Assembly: GCA_964565165.1 (NCBI GenBank) | Contig: CAZMDJ010000003.1 | Location: 7,054 to 69,043, forward strand | Reading direction: 5' to 3' | DNA: 61,990 nucleotides | DNA from: an uncultured Actinomycetes bacterium | GTDB lineage: Bacteria; Actinomycetota; Actinomycetes; Nanopelagicales; Nanopelagicaceae | Shown: one piece after another, positions 54,901 to 61,990 of the stretch | Layout: each line of letters starts with the position of its first letter | Numbering within the stretch: the stretch's first letter is position 1 | Program-made: the position numbers and the translations under genes | Notes under the pieces: generated by a model | Database searches by the model: none | What the model saw: only the letters and a program-made list of their open reading frames with translations | What the model was told of the DNA's origin: nothing

Positions 54901-57900
54901 CAGTTGCCAATCTGAATATTCGCCAGAAACCCCGTTATTTACCGAAATATTGGCAGGCAAGTAAGTAATAGTTGAGGTTGCATTATTTTTTGCTAAACCG
55001 TCATAAATTAGGTTATTTCCATAATCACAAATTACATGAAAACTACTATCAGCTACGTTAGTGGATGGAGTTATCCAACCGTTGTGATACGCAACTCCAA
55101 CGTGGCCTGCATAAAAACCAGTTAGCCAATTAATGTTTGTGGCATCAATTAATCGACCTTTAGTTACTCCCGAATATCTGGCAACAAAACAAAGCGTGTA
55201 ATTCGTTAATTGGGTGTTTGGCAGAACAAAGCCAGATGTGCTCGCGCCACTTAAAACACTTATAGATTTAGAAGTTCCATTTGCAACCGCTACTGAAGCT
55301 ACCGTTGGTGTACCTCTGATTGAAGTTGAATTTCGTCCATTTCCAGATTGATCAAGCATAATTCGGTTTACTGAATCCCAAGAGTTTGCGTTGTATTGCA
55401 AATACGGCGCAGGCAACATCGGTGGATTTACGCCAAACAAAGTTCCACTGCCGGTTGCAGAAGTATTCCAACCGGAAAATGTGTAATTTAAAGTGGAATT
55501 TGTTTTGGCAAGTGAACCAACATTTCTAGATAATAGAACATCTTCTGTCGCGCCCGTTATAGTTTCAGAATTTGGAGCAGTTCCGGCTGTATTTGTATTT
55601 CCATCATATGTAAGTGTGTATGTCCACTTGGCATACAAAGTTAATGAAGAAGTTGGCGTGTAACTTGTACTTGCCGCTATGTCGGTACCACTTCCATCTG
55701 CCGCAGTGTTCCAGCCTGCAAATGTAAATCCGCTTCGAGTAGCACCTGCTGCGGTTGTGATTGCGGCATCTGGTGCACTTTGAGTAACAGTTGAATTGGT
55801 TCCTGAACCACCATTCACATCAAAAGTAACAGTTAGCGCTTTATCAAAAGCAATGATGATGGTTCCTGCGCCACCTGCACCGCCACTTGCGCTTCCGGCT
55901 GAGCCACCACCACCGCCACCACCTTGACCATCAATACCTGCAGATCCAGCAACGGCTGCTGCAATGTAATTTCCGCCATTGCCGGCGCCATTGAATAGCA
56001 CACCAGTTCCACCAAGACCAATGTGAGTTCCTGAAAATGGTGAGTTGTATCCGCCGCCACCGCCACCGGAGCCGTAAATAACTGCTTTTCCGCTAATTGA
56101 ATTTGTAGTTCCTAATAAACCATTACACATAACGCCATATTGAGCGGTCGGTCCGGCGCCACCCATTGCACCATTTGCAGTTGTTCCGGTACCACCAGCT
56201 GTCTTGCCAGGCGTAGTGCAATTTGCTGCACCATTTCCCCAAGTTGCGCCACCTGCTCCGCCAGTTGCTGAATAAGTTGTTGCGCCAACTGTAATTGTCG
56301 AAGCAGAACCTGCTGTTGCTGGAGCACCACCTGCGCCAACCGTTAAAGATAAAACTTGCCCTGGTGTAACTGAAACATTTGTAGCTGCAGTTAAGCCACC
56401 ACCACCACCACCGTTACCAACGTTCGCACCGCCACCGCCACCGCCACCAACCACCAATAAATCAATAGAAGTTACGCCTGCAGGAACCGTGTACGCGCAC
56501 GCGGCTCCTGCAGGAAATTTAATTACTTGATTACCACCACCAGTTGAAGTCGTTGGAGAACAATTCAAAGTCCAAATCGCATATAAAGTTATATTTCCAG
56601 TTGGCGTATAGCTTGAACCAGGCACATAACTTGTTCCCGATCCGTTTGCAGCCGTGTTCCAACTAGTAAACGTGTAACCAGATTTAACCATTGTGCCAAC
56701 TGTTGCAAGATTAATTGAAGCACTTGGCAAAGCAGATATGGTCGCTTGCGATGCAGTACCAGAAGTAGCGGTATTGATATTGAAAGTAACTGTCGCGGTC
56801 CACTTTGCATACAAAGTTATGTTTCCGCTAGAAACGTATGACGCACCTAAAGCATAGTTAGATCCTGATCCATCCGCCGCAGTGTTCCAACCAGATAATG
56901 TGTAACCTGTTTTTAATAACGTAGTTGGATTAGCTAAATTAAATGGAGCGGATCCTTTAGAAGTGTATACCGCTGGTACCGTACTTACTACGGAAGTATT
57001 TGTATTTCCGCTATATGTAATTGTTGAATTCCATTGAGCGTATAAAGTGATATCGCCAGGAGATGAGTATGTTGCTAAACCTGCCGCATAATTTGTGCCG
57101 CTTCCATCAGCTGCAGTATTCCAACCTGTAAATGTAAATCCGGTACGAGTTAAAGAACCTGAATTCGTGGCTAAAGTTGTAGTAGCGGCTATTCCCACTG
57201 CAGTTGTTGGATTTGGAGCCGTCCCGGCATCTGAATTATTGTCATCGTAAGTTATCGTGGAATTCCATTGGGCATATAAGGTTAAATTTCCCGTTGGGGT
57301 ATAGGTATATCCCTGTGCATAATTTGTACCAGTTCCGTTTGCCAAGGTATTCCAGCCAGTGAAGTGATAACCAGTTTTTGTGCCTGCATAATTAGATTCA
57401 ACTGTTAAATCAGAAATTGGGCTCGTTTGAGTTTGGGTTGCCGGAGCGGTACCAGTGCCACCATTTACATTGTATGCAAGTGTGAATTTAACTAACGGGG
57501 CACAACGTGCAGCCAACTGATCAAACCAAAGATTCGAATAAGTACTCTGTCCGATCATTACATCGCCGGAATTACACAACATGCTTGCAGTCAATGTTTG
57601 CGTCGTATGAGTAATCAATTTTGGCGATGCTTGAGTTGCAATCAAATCAGTCTCAGCGCCAGCATCATTTAATAAAGGTAATGTTTTGCATTTAAGACCA
57701 ATATGAATTCCACTGGAATTTATCGCTTGATATCCAACTGCGGCCATACCATCTGGACAGAAAACGTAGTTTGCAGTTGCACGTAAAGTTGCTGATAGCG
57801 GGCTGACAGTTAGATCTGCATTCAAAGGTGCACACTTATAACCATTAACCATTGGGTTTTGGTTATAAGTTATGCCTACGACTACATTGTCAGCGGCACA

Positions 57901-58074
57901 TGCGCTAGGACCGTTGTAATTGCCTCCACCAAATACATACCAGCTCGAATCGTATGCAGTGCCTAAACGAGCAGCTTTCGCACTTGGAGCGCTTATTGAA
58001 ATAAACAAGAATGGGGCTATTAAAGTTGCTACTACTAGCCTCGTTACGGTGCGGAAACGCGAGCTGGCAAGCAC
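45985..58074 (-). CDS. giant (4029 aa) secreted mosaic repeat protein, candidate cell-surface or adhesin-like protein
   Basis: A single uninterrupted 12,090-nt ORF. The GTG start is preceded by GGGGGTG. A signal peptide is followed by arrays of Listeria-Bacteroides-type (InlB B-repeat/Flg_new-like) repeats, two Gly-rich domains, a LamG-like module, FN3-like and Ig-like modules, and a Pro/Ser/Ala/Thr linker. No LPXTG or C-terminal TM was seen. Confidence 0.9.
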   Translation of the reverse strand: MLASSRFRTVTRLVVATLIAPFLFISISAPSAKAARLGTAYDSSWYVFGGGNYNGPSACAADNVVVGITYNQNPMVNGYKCAPLNADLTVSPLSATLRATANYVFCPDGMAAVGYQAINSSGIHIGLKCKTLPLLNDAGAETDLIATQASPKLITHTTQTLTASMLCNSGDVMIGQSTYSNLWFDQLAARCAPLVKFTLAYNVNGGTGTAPATQTQTSPISDLTVESNYAGTKTGYHFTGWNTLANGTGTNYAQGYTYTPTGNLTLYAQWNSTITYDDNNSDAGTAPNPTTAVGIAATTTLATNSGSLTRTGFTFTGWNTAADGSGTNYAAGLATYSSPGDITLYAQWNSTITYSGNTNTSVVSTVPAVYTSKGSAPFNLANPTTLLKTGYTLSGWNTAADGSGSNYALGASYVSSGNITLYAKWTATVTFNINTATSGTASQATISALPSASINLATVGTMVKSGYTFTSWNTAANGSGTSYVPGSSYTPTGNITLYAIWTLNCSPTTSTGGGNQVIKFPAGAACAYTVPAGVTSIDLLVVGGGGGGGANVGNGGGGGGLTAATNVSVTPGQVLSLTVGAGGAPATAGSASTITVGATTYSATGGAGGATWGNGAANCTTPGKTAGGTGTTANGAMGGAGPTAQYGVMCNGLLGTTNSISGKAVIYGSGGGGGGYNSPFSGTHIGLGGTGVLFNGAGNGGNYIAAAVAGSAGIDGQGGGGGGGSAGSASGGAGGAGTIIIAFDKALTVTFDVNGGSGTNSTVTQSAPDAAITTAAGATRSGFTFAGWNTAADGSGTDIAASTSYTPTSSLTLYAKWTYTLTYDGNTNTAGTAPNSETITGATEDVLLSRNVGSLAKTNSTLNYTFSGWNTSATGSGTLFGVNPPMLPAPYLQYNANSWDSVNRIMLDQSGNGRNSTSIRGTPTVASVAVANGTSKSISVLSGASTSGFVLPNTQLTNYTLCFVARYSGVTKGRLIDATNINWLTGFYAGHVGVAYHNGWITPSTNVADSSFHVICDYGNNLIYDGLAKNNATSTITYLPANISVNNGVSGEYSDWQLADLVIYNSTLTAAEVLQVEMFLKEKYGITTSTPAIPTYAATGSAFNTYLTSPTGNVTVYAQWNSLVTYNANGATSGTIPYPTNFVNSIAGTLATNSGTLAKTNYTFSGWNTAADGSGTNYAVGASYTGAGNITLYAQWNFTITFNANLGSTPSSGAPSVASMSLTSSNAVNLATVGTMVKTGYNFLGWATTSTATTAAYAGGASYTPTGSITLYAVWQATTFAVTFNANGGTGTIANQTYTAGTALALTSNTTQIARTGYTFSGWTANADGTGAAYTNAQSLTLYAAMTIYAKWSANTYAITFNANSGAGTMTNQSFTAGTAFTINANAFTRTGYTFNGWNTVAGGTGTSYTDKQSVTLYGAITLYAQWTAQIYVVTYSNNAGSGTASVATQNYTYGSAAITSFATVGTMTKTGYSFGGWATTAAGTTSITTLTPTGNTTLYAIWNANNYTLTFNSNAVAGTTASGTMATQTFTAGKAFHINIGTFAIAGYAFDGWTTAANGTGTPYIDGATITLFGDTTIYAKWTMLVPAAPTVSATAGNTTATVSVTNGSVSCVSPFVLTNGNCVYKVTTTGSSTVTVPANVTNMAVLVVGGGGGGGWGGNAGGGGGGGLLYNPSYSVTPGSTLSMTVGAGGTGNTSTAIGASGGDSVFASVTAKGGGGGSASGTSGGSGGGGYAPSGTCTLNAGGTPTQATFTDWAMYANAGGPGCGNSASLQGGGGGGAISAGYPIVGNTSPGLGGAGLALSISGASVTYAAGGNGYGTAYPGVQAAGAANTGSGGGAGSSGGSGVIVLSYAPSAPAPTSYTVTAYDSNNNAVGTCTVTSPATSCTVAGLTNGSAYTFKATANDGAGSSAQSAPSAVVTPAPYVITYDANSGTVSPTSANFNLGTPVTLPLPTRPGYTFNGWFTAASSGTLVGPNGTAYSPTANITLYAQWSGISYPITYNSNGGSTTVPTTGAFVTGGTAYSIASPPAGMTKSGYAFNGWNTAADGTGTNYAASDSYSTSAALTLFAKWSAVSYTITYVNSGSGTGTLPTEANKTIGQTFSVAAGTGLSNTGYTFTGWTDQANVSYVYGSTYTVGASNVTLTAVWTALQYVVTYDANGGTGNVPTEPTHSSGQTFTVAAGTGLTRTGYTFTGWASGSTIYSVGQTFTMSTANVTFAAQWSPLVYTITYNPNTGATGSASRTSDSFAYGSSAISLPTVGTMEKAGYVFSGWSETSTVISGLYTPTQSVTLYAQWSPGTYNITWNTNGATGSATNGAATYTTSGTGLSLPDASGMTKTGYSLSGWSTSPTGSVISGSYTPTANTTLYAIWTPANQTLNFNAGTVDGSTSSGLTLATTTVTRAFGSNYTLQNIDSATVTVNTQVYAFVGWKSTSGTIYAEGSTYIVQDGGTTFTAQWIKRFVVKYVLNGGTHAVITPAESDIDSECANAGNMCNDLQNITTNATPTRAGYNFVNWKDQSGETVAAASAYQVRDNHYVLAAQWTPATITATYAGNGGTLVTSTQTGAFTTTITLAAAISKVGYAFAGWSDGTNTYGAGANYTLANPNGVTLTAQWTSNSHTVAYDLNQGTSSTTLSATSHSYNDSVTVTSVIPTRTGYNFDGWLDVAAPFASGAVYTMPDRDVTFTAKWVAASYAVTYDLGTGGTGSVPTQGNTAYGSTFTLAATPTNTDATKNFLGWSDGTNVMAAGSTYTMPAYAVTLTAQWSAALIGVSYSIAGATTGTAPSTQLVAPSTTVQTAPTTGITRTRFALTAWSTGSTTVAPQSTITPTTNTTLTAVWVPAAPDAPTQTLTSGNGSVTIDVAQGSGSGGIPTSYTVTAKNPDGSTAGSCTVISPATSCTIAGLTNGTAYSFTTVATNSSGSSAPSTSATSTPATSPGVPTSPTATVENTAATVTFTAPSSTGGAAITSYTVTAKNPDGSSAGTCTATDPAVGCRISGLTNGTNYQYSVVANNSVGSSTASALSLPVAPATVPGAPATVSATAPTYSTASVTVGAATVDGGSAITSYKITATPTGGGTPINLTVNAADISNAVTLSGLAAGTTYSISTVAINAVGQGSATSAATSITTPAAPPSAPGIQSATATSSTAATVVLTAPTSNGGATITGYQTTFTPVGGGTPVVENTTSTSVPTTSLAPGTTYTVTSTAANSSGSGTTSQSSTFTTPLGVSLSSSSETASVGQAITPISAAITGSNPTGVSYSVSGALPAGLTLDTTTGEISGTPTVAINATTFTVTATATVTGGATVTGTTTFTLGVNPVVPGAPASVSATTPTATTAAVNIGASTYDGGATITTYAIAITPVSSGTIINATPSASVIGSAVTVTNLVPGTEYVVSVAATNSAGTGPDTTASTRIVTPVGVTPSTNSLTTTIDQAITPITVSIVALGATGTTYSIAGPLPAGLTLDPNTGEISGTPTVAISPTQFVITVSTTLPSGTVDTGTATITIGVNASAPSSPSGVNASVPTGSTSTADVTFTAPTNTGGASITQYSISAVPVNTGSTVTTTSTTTSANLTGLAPGTQYNAVVTATNSAGTGSATTSTTFITDPAISTSVTTLTGSVGNAITPISTSIQAEAGSSIVYSLTGTLPAGLTFDPAMGTISGTPTAISAAASFTINAAVTIGGIVKNVSKVVTIGVAAQSQAALSVTGSNATVGTPVALITSGGSGTGSITYAITGGTAAGCAVSSTGSVTANGAGTCIATATKAGDSTYGSVTSSAVTITFAAAPSNNSGGGGGGGGGGASAPTTPSTPTTPTPTPRPSASPSPSPTPSVMPTPSATPSATPSATPSASPSASPTLKPTPSPSASPSATPKPSSSPSPTSSPKPSSSPSASASAKPSASASASAKPSASATAKPSTSASASAKPSASASASTKPSASASAPTTKPSSAPVKIEPKTTDTSANVNVTNLQPGQKVKVTIVEKAQAAPKASTARQPAAKKVNITPKTSGSNAKFNVTNLKPGQKVKVTIKEGK
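46225..46735 (-). repeat. poly-Gly (G10) followed by a Pro/Thr/Ser/Ala/Lys low-complexity tandem-repeat linker
   Basis: [42 protein letters not shown]...[48 protein letters not shown]. At nucleotide level a 30-nt exact repeat cgcacttgctgaaggcttcgctgatgcaga occurs twice about 54 nt apart (~46298 and ~46352). Confidence 0.85.
46990..49560 (-). repeat. FN3-like modules (about 6 here, plus one at ~52303-52519) alternating with three Ig-like 'GxISGTPT' modules
   Basis: FN3-like example: [36 protein letters not shown]. Another: [14 protein letters not shown]...[23 protein letters not shown]. Ig-like (He_PIG-like by memory) example: [42 protein letters not shown]. Confidence 0.65.
49564..52302 (-). 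repeat. Flg_new-type repeat array 4 (about 12 copies, more degenerate)
   Basis: Units end LYAQW, LFAKW, LTAVW, FAAQW, LYAQW, LYAIW, FTAQW, LAAQW, LTAQW, FTAKW, LTAQW, LTAVW. Core motif G[YF]xFxGW is retained. Confidence 0.75.
52520..53240 (-). other. glycine-rich domain copy 2 (approx)
   Basis: [80 protein letters not shown]...[12 protein letters not shown] is collinear with copy 1. Confidence 0.55.
53320..54799 (-). repeat. Flg_new-type repeat array 3 (about 7 copies)
   Basis: Successive units end VYAQW, LYAQW, LYAVW, IYAKW, LYAQW, LYAIW, IYAKW. Confidence 0.8.
54815..55425 (-). other. LamG/concanavalin-like lectin-type module (approx)
   Basis: The segment lacks the repeat motif: [17 protein letters not shown]...[11 protein letters not shown]...[12 protein letters not shown]...[20 protein letters not shown]...[33 protein letters not shown]. 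The ending is typical of Laminin_G_3-like domains as I recall them. Confidence 0.5.
55431..55844 (-). repeat. Flg_new-type repeat array 2 (about 2 copies, the second truncated)
   Basis: [13 protein letters not shown]...[17 protein letters not shown]...LYAKW, then [17 protein letters not shown]...[18 protein letters not shown]. Confidence 0.75.
55845..56565 (-). other. glycine-rich domain copy 1 (approx)
   Basis: [79 protein letters not shown]...[13 protein letters not shown]. It resembles my recollection of the Pfam Gly_rich family (ALK/LTK-type polyglycine). Confidence 0.55.
56566..57492 (-). repeat. Flg_new/InlB-B-type repeat array 1 (4 copies, approx coordinates)
   Basis: The ~70-75-aa units begin like [TV]xYxxNGGTG and end GY[TH]F[TS]GWNTxA[ND]G[ST]GTxY...[LF]YA[QKI]W. 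Confidence 0.8.
57973..58074 (-). other. signal peptide of the giant protein
   Basis: [34 protein letters not shown] | ARLG has a basic n-region, a hydrophobic core and an AKA-A cleavage motif. Confidence 0.7.
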
Positions 58075-58269
58075 TTTTTCACCCCCGCGCTAGAGAAATA
58101 ATGACCGAAATTTGTCCGGCAAGTGCTCAATTCTTTTCTATAGCTCGTGCAGGTGAAAACTGAAATCACCCTTTTTGGGGTGATTAGATGGGGCGAAAAT
58201 TAACCTGCAATTTTTTGTAAATTTTCTTAATTTATAACTTTTTAACTTTTAATTTTTTTATTACAAAAG

Positions 58270-58301
58270 AAAAACCCCGACCGTGGAGGGCCGGGGTTTT
58301 T
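58270..58301 (-). terminator. intrinsic terminator downstream of rplL
   Basis: ccccgacc (58275-58282), gtggag, and ggccgggg (58289-58296) form an 8-bp stem with 1 mismatch. It is flanked by A5/T5 runs. On the minus strand the hairpin is followed by TTTTTCTTTT. Confidence 0.7.
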
Positions 58302-58348
58302 CTTTTTATCAACTTACTAGGGTGCAAGTTGAAATTTATTAAAGGTAA

Positions 58349-58735
58349 TTACTTGATTGTTACCTTTGCGCCAGCTGCTTCTAGAGCTGCCTTTGCCTTG
58401 TCTGCAGTTTCCTTGTTTGCCTTCTCAAGAAGTGTTGCAGGTGTTGCATCAACTAGATCCTTAGCTTCCTTCAAGCCAAGAGCTGAGTTAAGTGCACGTA
58501 CTTCCTTGATAACTGCAATCTTCTGTGAGCCTGCATCTTCAAGAATAACTGTGAACTCATCCTGAGCTGCAGCTGCGTCTCCGCCACCTGCTGCTCCGCC
58601 TGCTGCTGCAACTGCTACTGGAGCTGCTGCTGTTACATCGAATTCTTCTTCGAATGCCTTTACGAAATCTGATAGTTCAACAACAGTCATTTCCTTGAAT
58701 GCTGCCATTAAATCTGCTGATGATAGCTTTGCCAT
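58349..58735 (-). CDS. rplL: 50S ribosomal protein L7/L12
   Basis: The 128-aa ORF begins [34 protein letters not shown], has an Ala/Gly hinge, and ends KEAKDLVD...[11 protein letters not shown]. Confidence 0.98.
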   Translation of the reverse strand: MAKLSSADLMAAFKEMTVVELSDFVKAFEEEFDVTAAAPVAVAAAGGAAGGGDAAAAQDEFTVILEDAGSQKIAVIKEVRALNSALGLKEAKDLVDATPATLLEKANKETADKAKAALEAAGAKVTIK

Positions 58736-58765
58736 TTTTATATTTTCCTTTGTTTCTTAGCTGAA

Positions 58766-59410
58766 TTACTCTGCTGGTGTTTCAGCTGCTTCTGCAACTG
58801 GTGTTTCTGTTTCGGTTGCTTCTGCAGCTGGTGCTGCTTCTGCTGGTGCAGCTTCTTCAGCAGCTGGTGCTGCCGCCTCTGCTACAGGTGCAGGTGCAGC
58901 TTCTTCAGCCTTTTCAGTTGCTGGTGCGCCTGCTTCTAGTTTGATACGTAACGCATCGAAGGTGCGAGCGGCCTTAGCCATTGTGCCCTTCATAGCGCCA
59001 GCCAACTTAGACAATAGAACTTCGCGTGATTCAAGATCAGCGAGCTTCATAATCTCTTCAGTTGAAACTACTTTGCCATCGAAGACGCCACCCTTGATAA
59101 CAAGTAGTGGATTCTCCTTCTGGAAATTCTTAAGAGCCTTAGCGGCTGCAAGTGAATCTCCCTTAATGAATGCAACTGCTGAAGGACCCTTTAGTAGAGA
59201 ATCGTCGATCTCTACGCCAGCGTTCTTTGCTGCAATCTTGGTAAGGGTGTTCTTAACAACCGCATACTTTGTTTCCATACCTAGTGAGCGACGAAGAGTC
59301 TTCATCGCACCTACGGTAAGACCGCGGTATTCGGTTAGCGCAATTGCATCCGAAGATTTGAAATCTTCAGTTAATTCAGCAACTGCCGCTGCCTTATCTG
59401 GGCGAGCCAT
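58766..59410 (-). CDS. rplJ: 50S ribosomal protein L10 with a ~50-aa Ala/Glu/Pro-rich C-terminal extension
   Basis: The start is at ATG 59410 ([33 protein letters not shown]), preceded by AAAGGTGA. The track ORF adds 3 codons. Confidence 0.95.
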   Translation of the reverse strand: MARPDKAAAVAELTEDFKSSDAIALTEYRGLTVGAMKTLRRSLGMETKYAVVKNTLTKIAAKNAGVEIDDSLLKGPSAVAFIKGDSLAAAKALKNFQKENPLLVIKGGVFDGKVVSTEEIMKLADLESREVLLSKLAGAMKGTMAKAARTFDALRIKLEAGAPATEKAEEAAPAPVAEAAAPAAEEAAPAEAAPAAEATETETPVAEAAETPAE

Positions 59411-59560
59411 CCGGTTCACCTTTCTTTAGTTAGTGAACTTCGCAGATTTCGCCGGCATAAAAAAATCCGTGGCGCAGAATGCGACACGGAAAAGCTTTCC
59501 CGAATCTCACCTACGCGGGGCTTCTGATCATTTCTGATCTGCCAGCGGTCTCTGGAAGAG
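59411..59560 (-). ncRNA. rplJ 5' leader (candidate L10-leader autoregulatory RNA)
   Basis: A ~150-nt untranslated, G+C-enriched leader lies between the predicted promoter and rplJ. It contains an internal hairpin followed by a U7 terminator. Confidence 0.5.
59459..59490 (-). terminator. leader attenuator/terminator upstream of rplJ
   Basis: Minus-strand UCCGUGUCGC-AUUCU-GCGCCACGGA (9 bp plus 1 mismatch, 59466-59490) is followed directly by U7 (plus-strand A7 at 59459-59465), about 50 nt before the rplJ ATG. Confidence 0.6.
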
Positions 59561-59566
59561 GGTTGA

Positions 59567-59594
59567 AGTCTAAAAGGTGTCCTCCATTTTGCAA
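59567..59594 (-). promoter_or_regulatory. candidate sigma-70-type promoter for rplJ-rplL
   Basis: The minus strand reads TTGCAA - 16 nt - TAGACT (alternatively TTTGCA with a 17-nt spacer). Confidence 0.4.
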
Positions 59595-59598
59595 AATC

Positions 59599-59663
59599 GC
59601 GGAAAGCTGAGCTCGGGAAAGGCCGCAACAGAGACGCGAGCTTTCCCTGCGCTCACTTTCCGC
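59599..59663 (-). terminator. extended ~20-bp imperfect hairpin abutting the rplJ promoter (probable terminator of the upstream membrane-protein unit)
   Basis: Pairings are gcggaaag/ctttccgc (59599-59606 with 59656-59663), tgagc/gctca, and gggaaag/ctttccc (59615-59621 with 59641-59647), with a 19-nt loop. On the minus strand it is followed by GATTTTG. Confidence 0.4.
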
Positions 59664-59825
59664 TGCGCAAAATGTCGGCCATAGACCGGGGCTATTTGGG
59701 TGCGATTAAGAAGTGGAGCCCCAGCCACCACCAGATGATCAAGATGGCGATGCGGGTAGTTCGGAAAGTCAGCAGGTGGCGGATTAATTTGGCCGATGCC
59801 GGGCGGCGCCATTGGAATATGAAAG

Positions 59826-60188
59826 CTATAGAGCTAAATTAATTTCTCGGTTATTTAGATTTTTCTGGTCGCCGCTATTTCGACGCCAAAGTGCTACGAA
59901 CATCAAAATGAAGAGCGCATAGAAAAGATATTTACCAAGATTACTTTCGCGTTTTAAGAAGATTGTAACGACACTAAAAACTGGCAGCGTATAAATTGCT
60001 ACTTTTCTGAGACCTTTAAATTCTGGAACCCAATCCAGCAATCCGACACTTTCAAGAATTACTAAAAGAAGTGCGATTCCAAAGTAGATTAAATCTGGAT
60101 TAAAACCGCGATAAAGCTGAAAAATGAAATTTACCGAAAAGACAGCAATCCATAAACTTACAGATTGAAATCTTCGTACTTGATTCAT
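59826..60188 (-). CDS. small integral membrane protein, unknown function (about 4 TM)
   Basis: The 120-aa hydrophobic ORF starts 5 nt downstream of the antiporter gene stop. Confidence 0.55.
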   Translation of the reverse strand: MNQVRRFQSVSLWIAVFSVNFIFQLYRGFNPDLIYFGIALLLVILESVGLLDWVPEFKGLRKVAIYTLPVFSVVTIFLKRESNLGKYLFYALFILMFVALWRRNSGDQKNLNNREINLAL

Positions 60189-60193
60189 TTCAA

Positions 60194-61336
60194 TTAATTT
60201 CTATGAATCATTCGAACCCAAATGGTTGAAACCACTATAGACATTACAACTGCAAGCAATACAGCAGTAAACTGACTTTGAGTTAAGGCGCCTTGTGCAA
60301 GTGCAACGCTTCCAAGTACGAATGAGAACTCTCCCACCTGAGAGATACCAACGCTCAATTGACCTGGGCGAGCACGCAATCTAGCCACACTTGAAATAAC
60401 GTATACAGGAAGAGTTTTTAGTACAAAGAGCAGCGCCATTAGTAACAAGGCAAACGGTAAAGCTCTGAGTATTGCGTTAGGGCTTATTAAAGAACCGATA
60501 ACCACAAAAAATAGGACTTGGAAGAGATCGCGAAAAGGAAGAATCGCTCTTCGAACTTGGTCTGTATCGGAATTTTGACTCAAAGTTAAACCCGCGACGA
60601 ATGCACCAAGTGCCATTGGAATTTCAAATAATTGTGTGCCAAGTGCTGCAATAAAGAGGCCGCTACCCACTGAATAAATCAAGAAAATATCATTTTCCCA
60701 ACGAATCAATCTCAGGATTCTCGGAAGTATTTTCGAAGAAATAACTGCCATGATGACGAAGGCTAAAAGGCCACCAATAGCAACTGGCAAAGATTGTTCG
60801 CTTGCTCCGAACAAGGTAAGTATTACTGCTGCGGCAGCTACACCGGTTATATCCTGCGCAACCGACCAACCAAGTAGTGCTTGTTCTGTCCCGCTATCTG
60901 TGGTTCTTTTTCCGCTCTTCGTAATATTTACAATCACCACACTAGATGAGAGCGCCAAAGAAAGTGCCAGTAAAAGTGCCCCGAGTTTTGGAATATCCAA
61001 GAATAAAAAGATTGGCGTAGCTACTGCTAATCCAATAAAGACTTGAAGCGGAGCGCCCCAAATAAGCGCCTTCTGTTCTTGTCTTAACCTTTTTAGATCG
61101 ATTTCAATTCCGACTTCAAATAATAAAAGGACGACGCCAATATCCGCCAAAATCGCAATCTGATTTTTATCAGCGATATAGCCAGGAGTGAAAGGTGAAA
61201 CCGCAAGTCCTACCAACAAATATCCGATAATTGCAGGCAGACCGATTCGACGTGCAACATATCCCGCAGTTGCTGCACCAAGCAAAACAACGCCCACATC
61301 TAATACAAGTGGCGCGGTTTCGACGACAGATGCCAT
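60194..61336 (-). CDS. monovalent cation:proton antiporter (CPA2/Kef-like membrane domain, no C-terminal KTN domain)
   Basis: The 380-aa ORF has about 11-12 TM segments and begins GLPAIIGYLLVGLAVSPFTPGYI...ILADIGVVLLLFEVGIEIDL, which is typical of Na+/H+-exchanger-family proteins. Confidence 0.75.
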   Translation of the reverse strand: MASVVETAPLVLDVGVVLLGAATAGYVARRIGLPAIIGYLLVGLAVSPFTPGYIADKNQIAILADIGVVLLLFEVGIEIDLKRLRQEQKALIWGAPLQVFIGLAVATPIFLFLDIPKLGALLLALSLALSSSVVIVNITKSGKRTTDSGTEQALLGWSVAQDITGVAAAAVILTLFGASEQSLPVAIGGLLAFVIMAVISSKILPRILRLIRWENDIFLIYSVGSGLFIAALGTQLFEIPMALGAFVAGLTLSQNSDTDQVRRAILPFRDLFQVLFFVVIGSLISPNAILRALPFALLLMALLFVLKTLPVYVISSVARLRARPGQLSVGISQVGEFSFVLGSVALAQGALTQSQFTAVLLAVVMSIVVSTIWVRMIHRN

Positions 61337-61360
61337 GTATCTATCTTATTTAAAGCAAAT

Positions 61361-61395
61361 AAAAAGAGGCTCTCCTATTTAGAGAGTCTCTTTTT
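61361..61395 (-). terminator. intrinsic terminator downstream of rplA
   Basis: gaggctctc (61366-61374), ctattta, and gagagtctc (61382-61390) form 9 bp including one G-U pair. The hairpin is flanked by A5/T5. On the minus strand it is followed by TTTTTATTT. Confidence 0.7.
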
Positions 61396-61415
61396 AAGTT
61401 TTCTAATACTTGCTA

Positions 61416-61990
61416 TTAGTTAGCAGCAGCTACCTTTGCGCCTGATGCATCAACTTGGATTCCAGGACCCATGTTTGATGACATGACTGCCTTCTTTAGG
61501 TATGTACCCTTTGAAGACGCTGGCTTTGCACGCATAACCTCATCAAGCGCTGCAGCGTAATTTTCTGCAAGTTGCTGTGCGGTAAATGATGACTTGCCGA
61601 TGATGAAGTGAAGGTTTGAGTTCTTATCAACACGGAATTCAATCTTTCCGCCCTTGATATCTGTAACAGCCTTCGCCACATCTGTTGTAACGGTACCGGT
61701 CTTTGGGTTTGGCATAAGGCCACGTGGACCAAGCACCTTACCTAGACGACCGACCTTACCCATCAAATCTGGTGTTGAAACAACTGAGTCGTAATCCAAA
61801 CGGCCTGCTTCAACTTCTGCGATCAATTCATCTGCACCAACAATGTCTGCACCTGCAGCACGAGCTGCATCTGCATTCTGGCCAGTTGCGAAAACAAGAA
61901 CGCGTGCAGTCTTACCTGTTCCGTGTGGAAGGTTTACTGTTGAGCGAATTGCTTGATCAGCCTTCTTTGGATCAACGCCAAGTAGCATCG
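61416..61990 (-). CDS. rplA: 50S ribosomal protein L1, C-terminal ~190 codons (5' end beyond window end)
   Basis: ...[32 protein letters not shown]...[19 protein letters not shown]. The reading frame is open to the window edge. Confidence 0.95.
   Translation of the reverse strand, partial: MLLGVDPKKADQAIRSTVNLPHGTGKTARVLVFATGQNADAARAAGADIVGADELIAEVEAGRLDYDSVVSTPDLMGKVGRLGKVLGPRGLMPNPKTGTVTTDVAKAVTDIKGGKIEFRVDKNSNLHFIIGKSSFTAQQLAENYAAALDEVMRAKPASSKGTYLKKAVMSSNMGPGIQVDASGAKVAAAN

Noticed and set aside
59416-59812. 70-aa and 80-aa minus-strand ORFs upstream of rplJ
   Set aside because: They overlap the predicted promoter, leader and terminator hairpins, have no SD, and show Pro/Arg-rich composition typical of G+C-rich non-coding sequence.

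Overview
The window comes from a low-GC (visually mid-40s %), probably genome-streamlined actinobacterium. This is inferred from RpoB/RpoC/L10/S9 sequence style and gene order, and a freshwater acI/Nanopelagicales-like lineage is only a guess. Almost everything is on the minus strand and forms the conserved translation/transcription backbone: rplA(partial) | rplJ-rplL | rpoB-rpoC | rpsL-rpsG-fusA-tuf | S10 operon | spc operon (to secY-adk-map) | infA-rpmJ-rpsM-rpsK-rpsD-rpoA-rplQ-truA | ABC-F | rplM-rpsI-glmM(partial). Four accessory blocks interrupt this backbone. (1) A CPA2-type antiporter plus a small membrane protein lie between rplA and rplJ. (2) A 12.1-kb gene for a 4029-aa secreted repeat protein lies between rplL and rpoB. 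It is translationally coupled to a polytopic membrane protein and abuts a convergent two-component system. (3) deoD-MMPL (plus strand), convergent with a three-gene operon of unknown secreted proteins, lies between rpoC and rpsL. (4) TctCBA plus an MFS transporter lie between map and infA. I saw no tRNA, rRNA, CRISPR, transposase or integrase. The most notable observations are a single in-frame TAG inside an otherwise perfectly conserved rpoB, the giant mosaic surface protein module, and several structured leader or intergenic RNAs: the rplJ leader with attenuator, a crossing complementarity in the rpsM leader, and a 13-bp inverted repeat upstream of rpoB. All domain and family names come from motif recognition by eye, with no searches run. 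Sub-gene coordinates inside the giant ORF are approximate (about +/-30 nt).
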